From assembly GCF_009914755.1 (NCBI RefSeq), contig NC_060947.1: DNA of 64,000 nt; one strand, 5' to 3'. This document shows positions 27,101 through 40,062 of the stretch, one piece after another. Each line of letters begins with the position of its first letter. Within the stretch, counting starts at the first letter, position 1. Position numbers and translations under genes: made by a program. Source of the stretch: the human T2T-CHM13v2.0 reference genome, Homo sapiens. Below the pieces are notes generated by a model, which saw only the letters and a list, made by a program, of their open reading frames with translations, searched no databases and was not told where the DNA came from.

Positions 27101-28910
27101 AGTCACAAATGAAGTTAAATACCCAGGAATTAATTAACTTAATTAAAGAAGTTAAAGATCTCTGCAATAAAAACTATAAAATATTGACAAAACAAAGAGG
27201 ACACAAAAAACTGGAAAGATATTCCAGGTACATGGGCTGGAAGAGTCAATATTGTTAAGGGTTCATACTACCCAAAGCAATCTACATATTCAATGCAATC
27301 CCTATCAAAATACCAATGACACTCTTCACAGAAGTAGAAAAAAACAATCCTAAAAATTATATAAAATCACAGAAGACCCAGAAAAGCCAAAGGTATCCTG
27401 AGCATAAAGAACAAAACTGGAAGAATTACATTACCTGATTTCAAATTATACTGCAAAAATATAGTAACCAAACTGCATAGTACTGGCATAAAATCAGACT
27501 AATAAAGCAATGGAACAGAATAAAGAATAAAGAAACAAATCCAACACCTACAGTTAAGTCATTTTCCACAAAGATTCTATGAACCTACAGAGGGGAAAAG
27601 ACAGTCTCTTTAACAAATGGTGCTGGGTAACCTGGATATACATATGTAGAAGAATAAAACTAAACCCCTATCTACTGCCATATACAGAAATTGAATCAAT
27701 ATGAATTAAAGACTTAAATCTTAGACCTCAACCTATGAAACTACAAAATGAAAACATTGGAGGAATTCTCTAGGACTTTGGGCTGCGCAAAAATTTCTTT
27801 GGTAATACTCCACAAACACAGGCAACCAAAGTAAAAATGGACAAATGGGATCACATCAAGTTAAAAAGCTTCTGCACAGCAAAGGATACAATCAACAAAG
27901 TGAAGAGATAACACACGGAGTGGGAAAAAATATTTACAAACTAACTATCTGAAAAGGAATTAATAACTAGAATATATAAGGAGCTCAAACAGCTCTATAG
28001 AAAAAAAATCAAATAATCCAATCAAAATACAGGGAAAATATTTGAACATGCAACTTCTCAAAAGAAGAAAAACAAATGGCATGCAATAACAAATTCTGCT
28101 GAAGATGTGGAGAAAAGGGAACCTCATTCACTGTTGCAGGAAATGTAAATTAGTACGACCACTATGGAGAACAATTTGGAGGTTCCTCAAAAAACTAAAA
28201 ATAGAGTTAATAGAGTTATCACATGATCTAGCAATCCCACTGCTGGGTATATATACAAAAAAAAAATCACGATATTGAAGAGATATCTGCACTATAATGT
28301 TTACTGCAGCAATATTCACAGTAGCCAAGATTTGGAAACAATCTAAGTTTCTATAAATAGCTTGACTAAAGAAAATTAGGTACTTATAAACAATGGAGTA
28401 CTATTCACCCATAAAAAATGAGATCCTGTCAATGGCAACAACATGGATAGAATATGAGGTCATCATGTTTAATGAAATAAGACAGACACAGAGAGACAAG
28501 CATGATGTGTTCTCACTTATTTGTCGGAGCTAAAAATTCAAACAATTGAAGCCATGGATATAGAGAATACAGAGATGGTTAATAGAGACTAGAAATAGTA
28601 ATCCAGGGGCTATGACAGAAGAGAGGAGTGTTGATGGGTAAAAAATATAGTTATAAAGAAAAAATTAGACCTAGTGTTTGCTAGAACTAAATGATGACTA
28701 TAATAATAAATAATTTAATTGTTCACTTTAAAATGAGTATAAGTATATAATTTGATTGTTTGAAAGACAAAGGATAAATGGCTGAGGTGATGCATACCTA
28801 TTTACCCCAATGTTAATGTTATGCATTGCACGTTTGTATCAAGACATCTCATGTAACCCATAAATGTATGTACCTATTATGCACCTACAAAAATTAAAAA
28901 TTAAAAAATA
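24125..28910 (+). mobile_element. L1MA1-3-like element with intact 5' UTR and 3' UTR but lacking ORF1 and most of the EN domain
   Basis: 5' end gaaagatggtagaatagaaggctcc. Jump at ~25670 into ORF2. RT motif LFADD region (ttgtttgcagatgac, ~26914). L1MA 3' UTR and A-tail ~28890-28910. Confidence 0.85.
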
Positions 28911-29270
28911 TTAAAAGTAATACAAAAAAAACCTTCAAGGGGTATTGTGGAAACCTCTATATACACAAATTAGAAAACCTACAAGAAATCAGTAAATTCC
29001 TGAAAATGTAAAATCTCCCAATATTGATCCAGGAAGAAGTTTAAAACCTCAGCAGACCAGTAATAAGTTCTTAAATTGATGCAGTAATAAAAAGCTTACC
29101 AACCAGAAGCAGCCCTGGACCAAATGGATTAACAGCCAAATTCTATCAGATGTATAAATAAGACTTGTTAGCATTCCTATTAAAACTTTTCCAAAAAAAT
29201 TAGGATAAGGGTTTTCTCCTTAACTCATTCAATGAGGCCACCTTCATTCTGATACCAAAACCTGACAGAG

Positions 29271-29295
29271 ACATACACACACACACACACACACA
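29271..29295. repeat. (CA)n microsatellite
   Basis: Visible directly. Confidence 0.9.
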
Positions 29296-32134
29296 AAGAA
29301 AACTTCAGGGCAAGATTCTTGCTGAACACAGAAGCAAAAATTCTCAACAAAACACTAGCAAACCACATCCAGCAGCACGTAAAAAAGCCAATCCACCACA
29401 CTCAAGTAGGCTTTGTCTCTGAGATTCAAGGCTGGTTCATATACAGATCAGTAAATCACATACACAGAATTAAAAACAAACCAACAAAGAAAATACATGA
29501 TTATCTCAAAAGATGCAAAAAAGGCTTTTGACAAAATTAAACATTCCCTCATGTCCTTCAATAAACTAGGTATTGGAAGAACATGTCTCAAAATAATAAG
29601 AGCCATCTATGACAAACCCACAGCCAATATTGTACTGAATGGGCAAAAGCTGGAAGCATTCTCCTTGAAAACCAGAATAAGGATGCCCACTCTCACCACT
29701 CCTATTGAATATAGTACTGGAACTTCTGGCCAGAGGAATCAGCCAAGATACATACATAAAAGTTATCCAAATAGAAAGACAGGAAGTCAAGCTATTTCTA
29801 TTAGCAGATGATATAATTTTATATGTAAAAATTCCAGTGGTCTGTGCTCATAAACACCTAGATCTGTAAACAATTTCAGCAAAGTTTCAGACTACAAAAT
29901 AAACCTACAAAAATCGGTATCATTTCTGTACACCAACAACATCCAAGCTGAGTGTCAAATAAAAAAATAAATCTTATTTTACAATATCCAAAAAATAAAA
30001 TAATCCCTAAGAATACAGCCTACTAGGGAGGTGAAGAATGTCGACATGAGAATTACAAAATACTGTTGAAAGAAATCATACATGACATAAACAAGGGGAA
30101 AATCATTTCACATGCATAGGAAAAATACTGTTAGAATGGCCATATTGCCCAATGCAATTTACACATTCAATGTTATTTCTGTCAAACTACCAATGGCATT
30201 TTTCACAGAATAAGAAGATAACTATGCTAAAATTCATATGGAACCAAAAGGGAGACCAAATAGTCAATGCAATCCTAAGCAAAAGGAACAAAGCTGGAGG
30301 CATCACATTACCTGGCTTAAAACTATACTACTAGGCCATAGTAAACAAAACAGCATGGTACTGGTACAAGAACAGACACATAGACCAATGGAACAGAACA
30401 GACATTCCACAGATAATGCTACATACCTAAAAGCATCTGATGTCAGATGACATCAGATTTTGATGACAAAGTCAGCAAAAACAAGGAATGGGGAAAGGAC
30501 TGCCAATTCAATAAATGGTTCAGGAGTAACTGGCTAGCCATATGCAGAAGATTGAAATTGGACCCCTTCCTTATACCATATACAAATTAACTCAAGACGG
30601 ATTAAAGACTTAAATTTAACATTTAAAACTATATAAACCATGACCAATGACCTAGGAAAACCATTCTAGACATAAGCCCTGGCAAAAATTTTATGATGAA
30701 GGCTCCAAAAGCAATTGCAACAAAAACAAAAATTGACAATTGGAATCTAATTAAAATAAAGAGCTTCTGCACAGCAAAAGAAACTATCATCAGCGTAACC
30801 AGACAACCTAGAAAATGGGAGAAATTATTTGCAAAGTATGCTTCGGACAAAGATCTAATATGAAGAATCTATTAAGAAATTTAAACAAATTAATAAGCAA
30901 AAAATAGACAACCCCACTAAAAAGTGGGCAAAATACATGAACAAACATTTTCAAAAGAGGATTTACACATGGCCAACAAGCATATGAAAAAATGCTCAAC
31001 ATCATTAATCATTAGAGGAATACAAATCAAAGCCGCAATGAAATACTATCTCACAACAGTCAGAATGGCTATTATTAAAATGTCAATAAATAAAAGATGC
31101 TGATAAGGTTGCGGAGGAAAGGAAAGGCTTAAACACTGCTGGAGGAAATGTAAATTAGGTCAGCCATTGTGGAAATTAGTTTGGAGATGCCTCAAAGACC
31201 TAAAAACAGAACTACCATTCTACCCAGAAATCCCATTACTAGGCATATACCCAAAGGAATATTCTACCATAAAGACATATACATGCATATTTTCATCGCA
31301 GCACTGTTCCCCATGGCAAACACACGCAATCAACCTAAATGCCCATCAACAGTAGACTGGATAAAGGAAACATGGTACATAGACTTAATGATATATATGA
31401 GATAATTTCCTTTGGAGTAACATGGACGGAGCTGGAGGCCATTAACCCAAGTGAACTAATATAGGAACAGAAAATTAAATTCTGCACATTCTCACTTGTA
31501 AGTGGGAACTAAACATTGAATACTAATGAACACAAAAAAGCAAACAATAGACACCAGGGCCTACTTGAGGGTTCAGGGTAGGAGGACGGTGAGACTGAAA
31601 AACCATCATCTATTGGGTAATATGCTTATTAGCTGGATGACAAAATAATCTGTATACCAAACCCCCATGACACACAATTTACCTATACAAAAAACCTGCA
31701 CATGTACCCTGAATCTAAAATAAAAGTTAAAAACATGTGTATGGTTATATTTAAGAGGATTGTTATATATTAATGAATTTGCCAAAGTGTTTTACCAGTC
31801 CCCACACCAATGATCACTGTTCCATCTCAGACTCTTGTATGGGATTTTCAATTTTTTGAACTACTCTACTCTAATCCTGTCAAGTCAACTCACAAAAGAA
31901 TATATATTGGTTATATGTATGCTAAGTCATGAGGATATGGATAGAAATAACAAAATGCTTATTCTAATAGGAAAACAAAGGTAGTAGGTTTGTCTCTTCT
32001 TGGCTCCTGAGCATCCTCCATTGATCTAACCCTTAGCTGTATCAAAGCATTGAGTAATTTTTTCTCTTATCTTATAAATTCAATTTTTCAGTGAATAAAA
32101 ACATAACTTATTATGCCTGTAAAACAGAAAACCC

Positions 32135-32590
32135 TTATTATGTTTATCAGTAGTTTGCTCCATTTTAATGCTGAGTACTATTCCATAGTAAAAGTTTAAC
32201 ACAGTTTCTTCATCCTTTCACCAGCTGACGGACTTTGGGCTGTTTCTAGTTTGGGTTTCTTATGAATAAAGCTGCTATCAATATTTGTGCACAAATCTTT
32301 GTTGGTGTATCTCAAAAAGATTATGCTAAGTGAAAGAATTCAGACACAAAAGACTACATATTATCTAATTTTATTTGTATATTATAGAAGAGACAAAGTA
32401 TAGTGACTGATACCTGATCAGCGGCAAAGGAACACTAATACATTTTAAGAGTGATAGAAATACTCTATATCTTGATTTTGGTGTTGCTCCACGCCTATGT
32501 ACATTTGCCAAAACTCATCAAATTGTGCACTTGAAGTTGGTAAAAAAAATTATGTAAATTTTACCTTAATAAAACTGACCAAGAAAATAG
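32135..32590. mobile_element. Ancient L1ME-like 3' end with 5' inversion (32135-32302 antisense, 32303-32590 sense)
   Basis: The antisense piece is the L1 segment immediately upstream of the sense piece (tggtgtatctcaaaaagattatgctaagtgaaaga). 3' end tatgtaaattttaccttaataaa. Confidence 0.7.
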
Positions 32591-33144
32591 ACAATTACTA
32601 ATTGGCAAAGATAGTACAGTATCAACCTATCAAGTGCCTCATAATTTGCAAAACTGGCTCTCTCACACTGATGCTAGTTTATTCTATTGTATAGAGAAGT
32701 GTTAGTTCCTCGTCTTCATTGCCTTGATACCTACTTCCCTTTCAGGGTTTTATTTTGTCAACTGTGAATGGAAAATAACGTGGTTGCTGAGCCATACGTT
32801 TCTTTATGTCCTTTAACTACAGAAAGATGCAGCTGAAGCTTTCAAAATAGTGTTTATAATGACTACATTCTAAATCAAGGATGATTCTAATTCCCAGTCT
32901 CCATCTGGCAGGACTGAAGGGGATGCTTTTATTTCTTCAGTTGCAGAGTGTTTATGGCTGTATCCACAGTGCCTATCATAGTAGGCATTCCACGAATATT
33001 TATTGACTAAGGAAAATATTGTTAAAATGTTCATTCTGTTTTAAAGTATACTATTGGGAAAAATGGATCTGATGAGAAAACCTCCTTAACTACAATGTAA
33101 TCTATAATCACAGGCTACCAGCCTCTTTAGAAGTAAGAGTACAT

Positions 33145-33560
33145 GGTGCAGTGCTCCATACAAATATTTCCACCGGGACAAAGCCACTCTTTTTCCCACT
33201 TGGTGGTGGCTGCTAATGACTCACAGCTTATGAATCCCCTCTGGAAATTACCTTTGACTTAATGAAGCAACCCTGCCCAAAGCTATACCCCTTCCTTTGC
33301 AACAGCCTGCACTGAATGTCTGGTCAGTGTGACGGGACAAAGACCTGACCCCCTTGCTTCAATTCAGGACAATTCTGAAGGACAACTCCAGTTTCAGAGG
33401 TCCCTGTGGGACAGTTTGATTGCAACCACATCAAGGTTTAAATTCTCTCTCTGCTCTTCCTTCTTCTCTCATTCACCTAAAGATGCCACTTTTGAGGCCA
33501 TTCTCCAATAAACCTACATTTTACAACTGTTTGCTTCCCTGAGAAACCTGACCTATAGTC
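33145..33560 (+). mobile_element. LTR16-type ERVL 5' LTR
   Basis: gctgctaatgactcacagct...ccttgcttcaattcaggacaattctgaagg...ccaataaacct...ttccctgagaaacctgacct. Confidence 0.75.
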
Positions 33561-34009
33561 TCAACTATGGCATTTTGGAGCTGGATTATTCACTGGTTAG
33601 ATAGAAGGGATGACCTCATTTCTGGTAGTAGTTGGAGCACTAATAGTCACTGGCATGATATAGCAGTGCAATTATTAAAATATTCATTGGCGGTAAACTG
33701 GAATGGAATAGGGGATAGAAAAGAATGTAATAGTATACACAATATCTGAGGCCTTTACAAGGTTTTAGGAGAGTGGTAATTATAAGGGGTATGAAATTGG
33801 ATGGTTTTGTGGTTATTAATGATGCACCGGAGAAAAACAAGCAAAGGCTGAGTGTAACGAATTCCCAATTTAAGGCAAAATAGAAAAATCTGAGGGATTC
33901 TTTTATATAAAGAACCTCTCATCTCCTGCAGCTGAAGGGCAGAAAAAGCTGAGGTTATGAATCAGAAATTATTTACAAGGGTAGAGTAGCTCAAGAAGCT
34001 TGAATGCAT

Positions 34010-34249
34010 GGATGTGAGGGTGGTCTGGCTGTGACATCTGTCACCCCATTGATTGCCAGGGTTGATTCGGTTGATATGGCTGGCTAGGTGGGTGTCCCCT
34101 TCCTGCCTCACCACTCCATGTACATCCCTCCTGAAGCTGCTTGCTTGGTCAAAGAGGACAACCATCCCTGATAGAGGAGGACCGGTCTTCAGTCAAGGGT
34201 ATACGAGTAGCTGCGCTCCCCTGCTAGAGCCTCCAAACAAGCTCTCAAG
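34010..34249 (+). pseudogene. 7SK snRNA retropseudogene (RN7SKP class), nt 1 to ~240, tailless
   Basis: ggatgtgagggtggtctggctgtgacatctgtcaccccattgattgccagggttgattcgg ... ctccaaacaagctctcaag matches 7SK, with CpG decay. TSD aagaagcttgaatgcat (33993-34009) / aagaagattgaatgttt (34247-34263). Confidence 0.97.
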
Positions 34250-35022
34250 AAGATTGAATGTTTAATCCTGATTATGTTAGACAGAACAATCACAGAGAAG
34301 AAGAAAACTCTGAATCTTGGGATGGGGCCATCTGTGTCAATATATCTGCAATTCTTGATTCCTCGGGTTCCCTTGAACCCACTGGGTTGGCCCAGTGTCT
34401 CACTGTTGTCTGTCAAAATAGCATACATTCTTTTCTTGAAGAAAGTGCACAGGTTTTTGCTTTGTACGACAATTTAGAGTCACAATTAATCTCCACCCAC
34501 CTTCTGGCCAACAGAAAAATAACTAAGGTGAAGTCATAACATAACTTGGCTAGGGAAAGTACTGGGTTGGCAAAGGAGGGAAAGGGAGCATATGCTGAAT
34601 GAACTGGAGATACTAAAAGAAGGGTATAAACAGGGCTAGACCCTGGAGATGATGACTCAAAGGGAGGGAAAATGCAGATGGAAGGGGTGAGTTTATCAAT
34701 ATGGAATGGATCTCTTAGGATTAAGGATTTAAAAACCCAGCAAAGGTCAAGGAGAAAGTGCAAAAAGTCCCTACTTGAAGTGAAGAAGGGTAATGCAAAA
34801 AGTGCCTACTCTATGTGAAAAATAAATACCATGGTAGAAGGAAGAAGAAGGAATCCAAAAGTTCAGATAGTTAGACATGCTAGAGCAGATTTACTGTATA
34901 AGGCCAGAAAACCCAACCCATCATAGGCTGCAGACAGGTGCAGATGAAAATCCATTTAACAAAGGAACATGGAATACACTGATAACAAAGGAACTGGCAA
35001 TGTTGAGAAACAAGTCTGTGGC

Positions 35023-35590
35023 TGTGTTACTTTTATATTGCTGTGTACCAAATTACCACAAATTTATTGCTTAAAACAACATACAATTATTATATAACAA
35101 TTTTTGTGGTCAGGAGTCAAGGTATAGCTTAACTGGATCCTCTGTTTCAAGATCTCTCAAAAGGCTGTTACAGTCAAGGTGCCAGCCATCCTGCATTCCT
35201 TCCTGGGGCTCAGGGTTCTCTTTCCAAGCTTCCATGGTTGTTGGCAGAATACATTTATTTGTAGAACTGAGAACCCTGGCTTCTTACTGGATATTTACCG
35301 GAAGTTGTCCTCAGGTCATAGAGGCTGCCCACAGTAACATCATGTGGCTGGCCCTATCCATAGGCATTTCACAACATGGCTTTTTGCTTCTCTAAGTCTG
35401 GAAGGAGAAACTTTCATTCTAGTCTACTAAGACAGAGTGTAATATAGTGTGACCTAATCAAGGAATGACATCCCATGACCTCTGCTATATTCTATTGGCT
35501 AGAAGCAAGTGAAAGGTTCTTCCTACACTCAAGAGGAGGGGATTATACAATGGCATGTGAGATATTGAGTGTTATCTTAGGATTTATACA
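35023..35590 (-). mobile_element. MLT1E-like MaLR solo LTR
   Basis: attgctgtgtaccaaattaccacaaattt...tctattggctagaagcaagt...gaggaggggattataca. Approximate 5-bp TSD gtggc/ctggc. Confidence 0.8.
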
Positions 35591-38083
35591 CTGGCTGTAC
35601 TCTCTATGTCAGTGTTGAGAGTAGGAGATGGTGTTACAGATTTATGTTTCCTGACAGCAAAGAGGATAAAAGGAGTTAAAAAATAAATAGACACCAGGTG
35701 GCAGCAATTAAATGGTAGAAGCCCAGTAGACACAATGATCATAAAGTGCATCAAGATCAGAGTGGATCAGGTAGCCAAAGGATTCTGATCCACAAAGAGC
35801 TTTAAGGATGACTAATAGAATACAGTGTCTCTGAGGGCAAGATAAATGGACAGTAAACAAAGGTATTGCTTAATTTATACAACCAAGACAAATCAAGAAT
35901 AGGTGACGAAGAAACTGAAAGTAGGTGGTCCAGTGAAAAATTACGGTCTCTTGCCCACATTCTGGATGACAGTCAATTCACCCAAGTTCTGGATGACAGT
36001 CAGTTCTTAGACCCAGAACTCACTGACTGAAAAATAGGCCAGGTTCCCATAAAGAAAGACCCTGCCAACACCATGGTAAGGATATAAGGTGAGTAGTACC
36101 ACAGTATTTCTCCAAAAGAACCTATAACCATCCACTTGGGTAAGTGCACATTGTGGAAAGGATAATACCAGACATTTTGAGACATGGAGTCCAAGTTGGC
36201 ATTGATTCTCAGAGACCTTAAATGTCATTAGGGCCCCCCTTTTAGAGTTGGTACTTATAGGGAGCAAATAACAAATGGAGTTATGGAGCATATTGAGATC
36301 ACTGGGTCTACAGGTCTACCTCATGGTAATTATCCTAGTTACTGATTGTATAATTGGAATGTACATACTTGGGAGCTTGCAGAGACCCCACTTAGGGTTT
36401 TGGCTTGAAGGTAAGAGTTATCATTCTGCATAAAACTGAGCAACAGTCTCTGAAACACTCAACACCACAATCCTTTCACTGCTGGCCAACATAGCAAATC
36501 TAAAACAATATTGGATCCCAGAAAAAACGGCAGAAATTAGTACCCTATTAAAAGATTTCAGGGAAACAGAGATAGTCATCCATCATTATATTTCCATCTG
36601 TTTTTGGATCCTACAAAAATAAATGTACCCTGGCAGATGAAATTGGACTATTAAAAAACGCAACCAAATAATATCCTCAATCTTACCTTTTGTGCTGATG
36701 TAATAGCTTTGCCAGATCAGATAATTACGCCCTCGGGTAAATGGTATTTGGCCAATGATGCAGGTAATCTGCATGGGCAAGTGGCCTCAAACCCTATGGC
36801 ACCCCCAGTTCTTGCACTGGCATTTTTCCCTCAGCTCACCCCTATGGCCACATAATTGAGGCTAAGGAAAGCCAACCTTGGTTTACAGTAGGGTCTGCTC
36901 GGTATGTGGGTACAGCCCCCAGGTGGACTGTGACTACATTACAGCTTCACACAGGGATGGCCCCCTAAGATAGCAGAGAAAGAAAATCCTCTAAATCCTT
37001 AGAGCTGAAGCCAATGCACCTGCTTATCCATTTCATGTGAAAAGAGAAGTGGTCTAGAATAATTATTAAAAAAACTCATTGTTTGGCTTATTGCTCCAAG
37101 ACTTAGAATAAAAAAGACTGGAGGATCACAGACAAGGAGGTCTAAGGAAGAGGCATGTGAATGGACTTATGGAAGTGTGCACACTGTGAAGACATCTGCA
37201 TTACATGCTAATGCTCTCCAAGAACCATCGACCATGAGAAAGGCACTAAACAAACAGACAGAATTGCTTGGTCAGCTGACATTAACCAGTTTCTTTTATT
37301 GGCTACCTCAGCTGGCATAAAAGGCACATAGATGAAGTAGCCATGTTGATAGATACGAATGAAGGCTATGCATGGGCCTAATGGCAGGAACTCTCATTCA
37401 TCAAGTCTGATATAGCTATTACCACCAGCCACTGTTCAATACGCTGTAAAAGGAGACCAAAACTAATGCTCTAATATGGCGATATTTATTAATTAGACCC
37501 ACCAGCAACTTGATGGTGGCATATTGACTGGGATCAACGTATATTTTGGATATAACTTTCCCGCTTGCAGGATCTCAGGCAGCACAATTATTCAAGGAAT
37601 ATAGAATGTTTAGCCCACTGCTATGGGGTTCTGTACAACGTGACATTGGATCAAATGATCTACTTTATATCAAAAGAAGTATAGTATTTGGTACATGACA
37701 TTTGGGTCCACTGTCTTTATCACATACAGCAATACCCAGAAGTGATCGGTCTGATACAGCAATGGAATGACTTTTTAAACATACAGCTGAGGCTACAGTT
37801 TAGAGATAACGCTCTAAAACATTGAACATTATCACCAATAGATAGAACTCAATGGGTGACAATAGGAATGCCTATTTATAATTACTTTCCGTGACCTATT
37901 TAGGAAATTTGTGTGTCCTATCCCTGCAACTTCTTTAGACTCAGTGGTTCTAGACATGTTGGTTCTCAGAGAAGGAATGCTTTTAAAAGGGCCATAGTAA
38001 GCTGTGTTTTTGCTTCTTCCTTATCCAATTTTGATGGTCAATGGACAAGTAGAGTAGCCAAAAGGTTTAAGCTTAAGAATCTT

Positions 38084-38372
38084 GCCAGGGGCGGTGGCTC
38101 ATGCCTGCAATCCCAGCACTTTAGGAGGCTGAGGCGGGAAGATTGCTTGAGCCCAGGAGTTTGGGACCAGCTTGAGCAACACAGAGAAACCCCATCTCTA
38201 CAGAAAGTTAAAAATTAGCCAGGTGTGGTGGCACACGCCTGTAGTCCCAGCTAGCAAGGAGGCTGAGTTGGGAGAGTCATTTCAGACTGGGAGGTTGATA
38301 CTGCAGTGAACTGTGATTGCACCACTGCGCACTGCAGCCTGGGAAACAGATCAAGACTCTGTCTCAAAAAAA
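38084..38372 (+). mobile_element. AluJ
   Basis: gattgcttgagcccaggagtt J-type motif; A tail running into (TA)n. Confidence 0.9.
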
Positions 38373-38565
38373 TATATATATATATGTGAACACAGACTCA
38401 AGTCTCAGTTTAAAAAAAAAACAAATCTGCATCGCTGCATCAGAACTCCAGGAAAGTCATCTGGTCTAGAAGAGGTGATTCATGTAAGAAACTCTAGAGT
38501 GGGTATTGGAGGAGGGAGATAATACACAGCAATTTTACCTCTGAGACTAATTATGGCAACAGGGG

Positions 38566-39401
38566 CTATCTACAGTCATTTGGCATTTTAAGCAAATTGG
38601 AAATGTGAAAAAGCTTGGTAAGTGGGTGCCTCATGAACTGAGTGAAAAATAAAAAAAAAAAATCGTCCTTTTGAAGCGTTGTCTTCTTTTATTCTACCCA
38701 ACGACAATGAACCACTTTTTGATTGGATTGGGACATGCGATGAAAAGTGGATTTTATCCGACAACCAGCGGCGACCAGCTCAGTAGTTGGACAGAGAAGA
38801 CGCTCCAAAGCACTTCCCAAAGCCAAACTTGCACCAAAAAAAAAAAAAAAAAAAAAAAAAAGGTTATGGTCACTGTTTGGTGGTGGTCTGCTGCTGGTCT
38901 GATCCACTACAGGTTTCTGAATCCCAGCGAAACCATTACATCTGAGAAGTATGCTCAGCAAATCAATGAGAAGCACCGGAAACTGCAACACCTGCAGCTG
39001 GCATTGGTCAACAGAAAGCGCCTAATTCTTCTCTACAACGCCTGACTGCACGTCACACAATCAACGCTTCAAAAGTTGAACAAATTGGGCTACTAAGTTT
39101 TGCCTCATCCGCCATATTCACCTGACCTCTGACCAACAGACTACCACTTCTTCAAGCATCTCAACAACTTTTTGAGGAAAAATGCTTCCACAACCAGGAT
39201 GCAGAAAATGCTTTCCAAGAGTTTGTTGAATCCCAAAGCATGGATTTTTACACCACAGGAATAAACAAATGTACTTCTCATTGACAAAAATGTGTTGATT
39301 GTAATGGTTCTTATTTTGATAAAAAAAAGATGTGTTTGAGCATAGTTATAATGATTTAAAATTCACGGCCCAAAACCGCAATTAATTTTGCACCAACCTA
39401 A
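38566..39401 (+). mobile_element. Hsmar1 mariner, 3' two-thirds only
   Basis: Transposase motifs WVPHEL (tgggtgcctcatgaactg), TCDEKW (acatgcgatgaaaagtgg), YSPDL (tattcacctgacctc). 3' TIR aaaaccgcaattaattttgcaccaacctaa + TA. Confidence 0.95.
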
Positions 39402-39403
39402 TA

Positions 39404-39450
39404 TATACATTCTATTGGTTCTGCCTCTCTGGAGATCCCTCATTAATCCT
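39404..39450 (+). mobile_element. MLT2-like LTR 3' terminal remnant
   Basis: attctattggttctgcctctctggagatccctcattaat resembles the MLT2 end (cctattggttctgtctctctggagaaccctgactaataca). Confidence 0.55.
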
Positions 39451-39610
39451 ATGTGTATATATACTACATACACACAATAATGTATGTATATATATTCTAT
39501 ATCTGTATATATTATATATACATATATGTTATATACTATATATGCTTATATGTTATATATACACATATAACATATGTGTATATATATATTATATATATGC
39601 GCACATATAG
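39450..39610. repeat. Degenerate (TA)n low-complexity tract
   Basis: Visible directly. Confidence 0.9.
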
Positions 39611-39612
39611 TA

Positions 39613-39934
39613 CAGGTTGATTATCCCTTATCTGGCATCAAAAGCGTTTTGGAATTCAGATTTGGGTTTTGGAATTTTGCATATATATAATGAGGTATTG
39701 TAGGGATGGGACCCAAGTCTCAACGCAAAATTCATTTATGTTTCACATACACCTTATTAATTATACACATACCCTGAAGATAATTTTAGACAATAATTTT
39801 AATAATTTTATGCATGAAACAAAGTTTCAGCTATATTTTTGCTCTGAACAATCACATGGGGTCCAGTGTGAAATTTTCCACTGTGGCAGCCTGTTGGTGC
39901 TCAAAAAGTGTTTGAGTTAGGGATGCTGAACCTA
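39613..39934. mobile_element. Tigger4b/MER46-like MITE
   Basis: TA + caggttgattatccctta ... tagggatgctgaacct terminal inverted repeats. Confidence 0.8.
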
Positions 39935-40062
39935 CAGATAGATAGATAGAGAGAGAGATAGATGATAGATATGCACATCTATCTGTATGCAAATATGAAT
40001 GTATGTACATATACATATATGTTATGTGTGTATGTGTCTATGTATGCATGTGTATATTTACA

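Larger units (their letters stand above)
33561..38565 (+). mobile_element. Decayed ERVL (ERV3-16A3-like) internal region with gag/pol remnants, interrupted by 7SK, MLT1 and Alu
   Basis: RT-like remnant ~36590-36670 (resembling PVQK..WRM..DY..NQ) and integrase-like remnant ~37620-37800 (resembling DQ..HF..KEV..W..H..IHWSYH..HPE..GLI..WN..LK.QL). Many stops and frameshifts. Confidence 0.75.

Noticed and set aside
34010-34249. Functional RN7SK gene
   Set aside because: Truncated at ~240 nt, CpG-decayed, TSD-flanked, and no PSE/TATA or U-run terminator is evident.
38671-39045. Intact Hsmar1 transposase or SETMAR exon
   Set aside because: Frameshifted by poly-A expansions, contains stops, lacks the N-terminus, and has no SET-domain exons.
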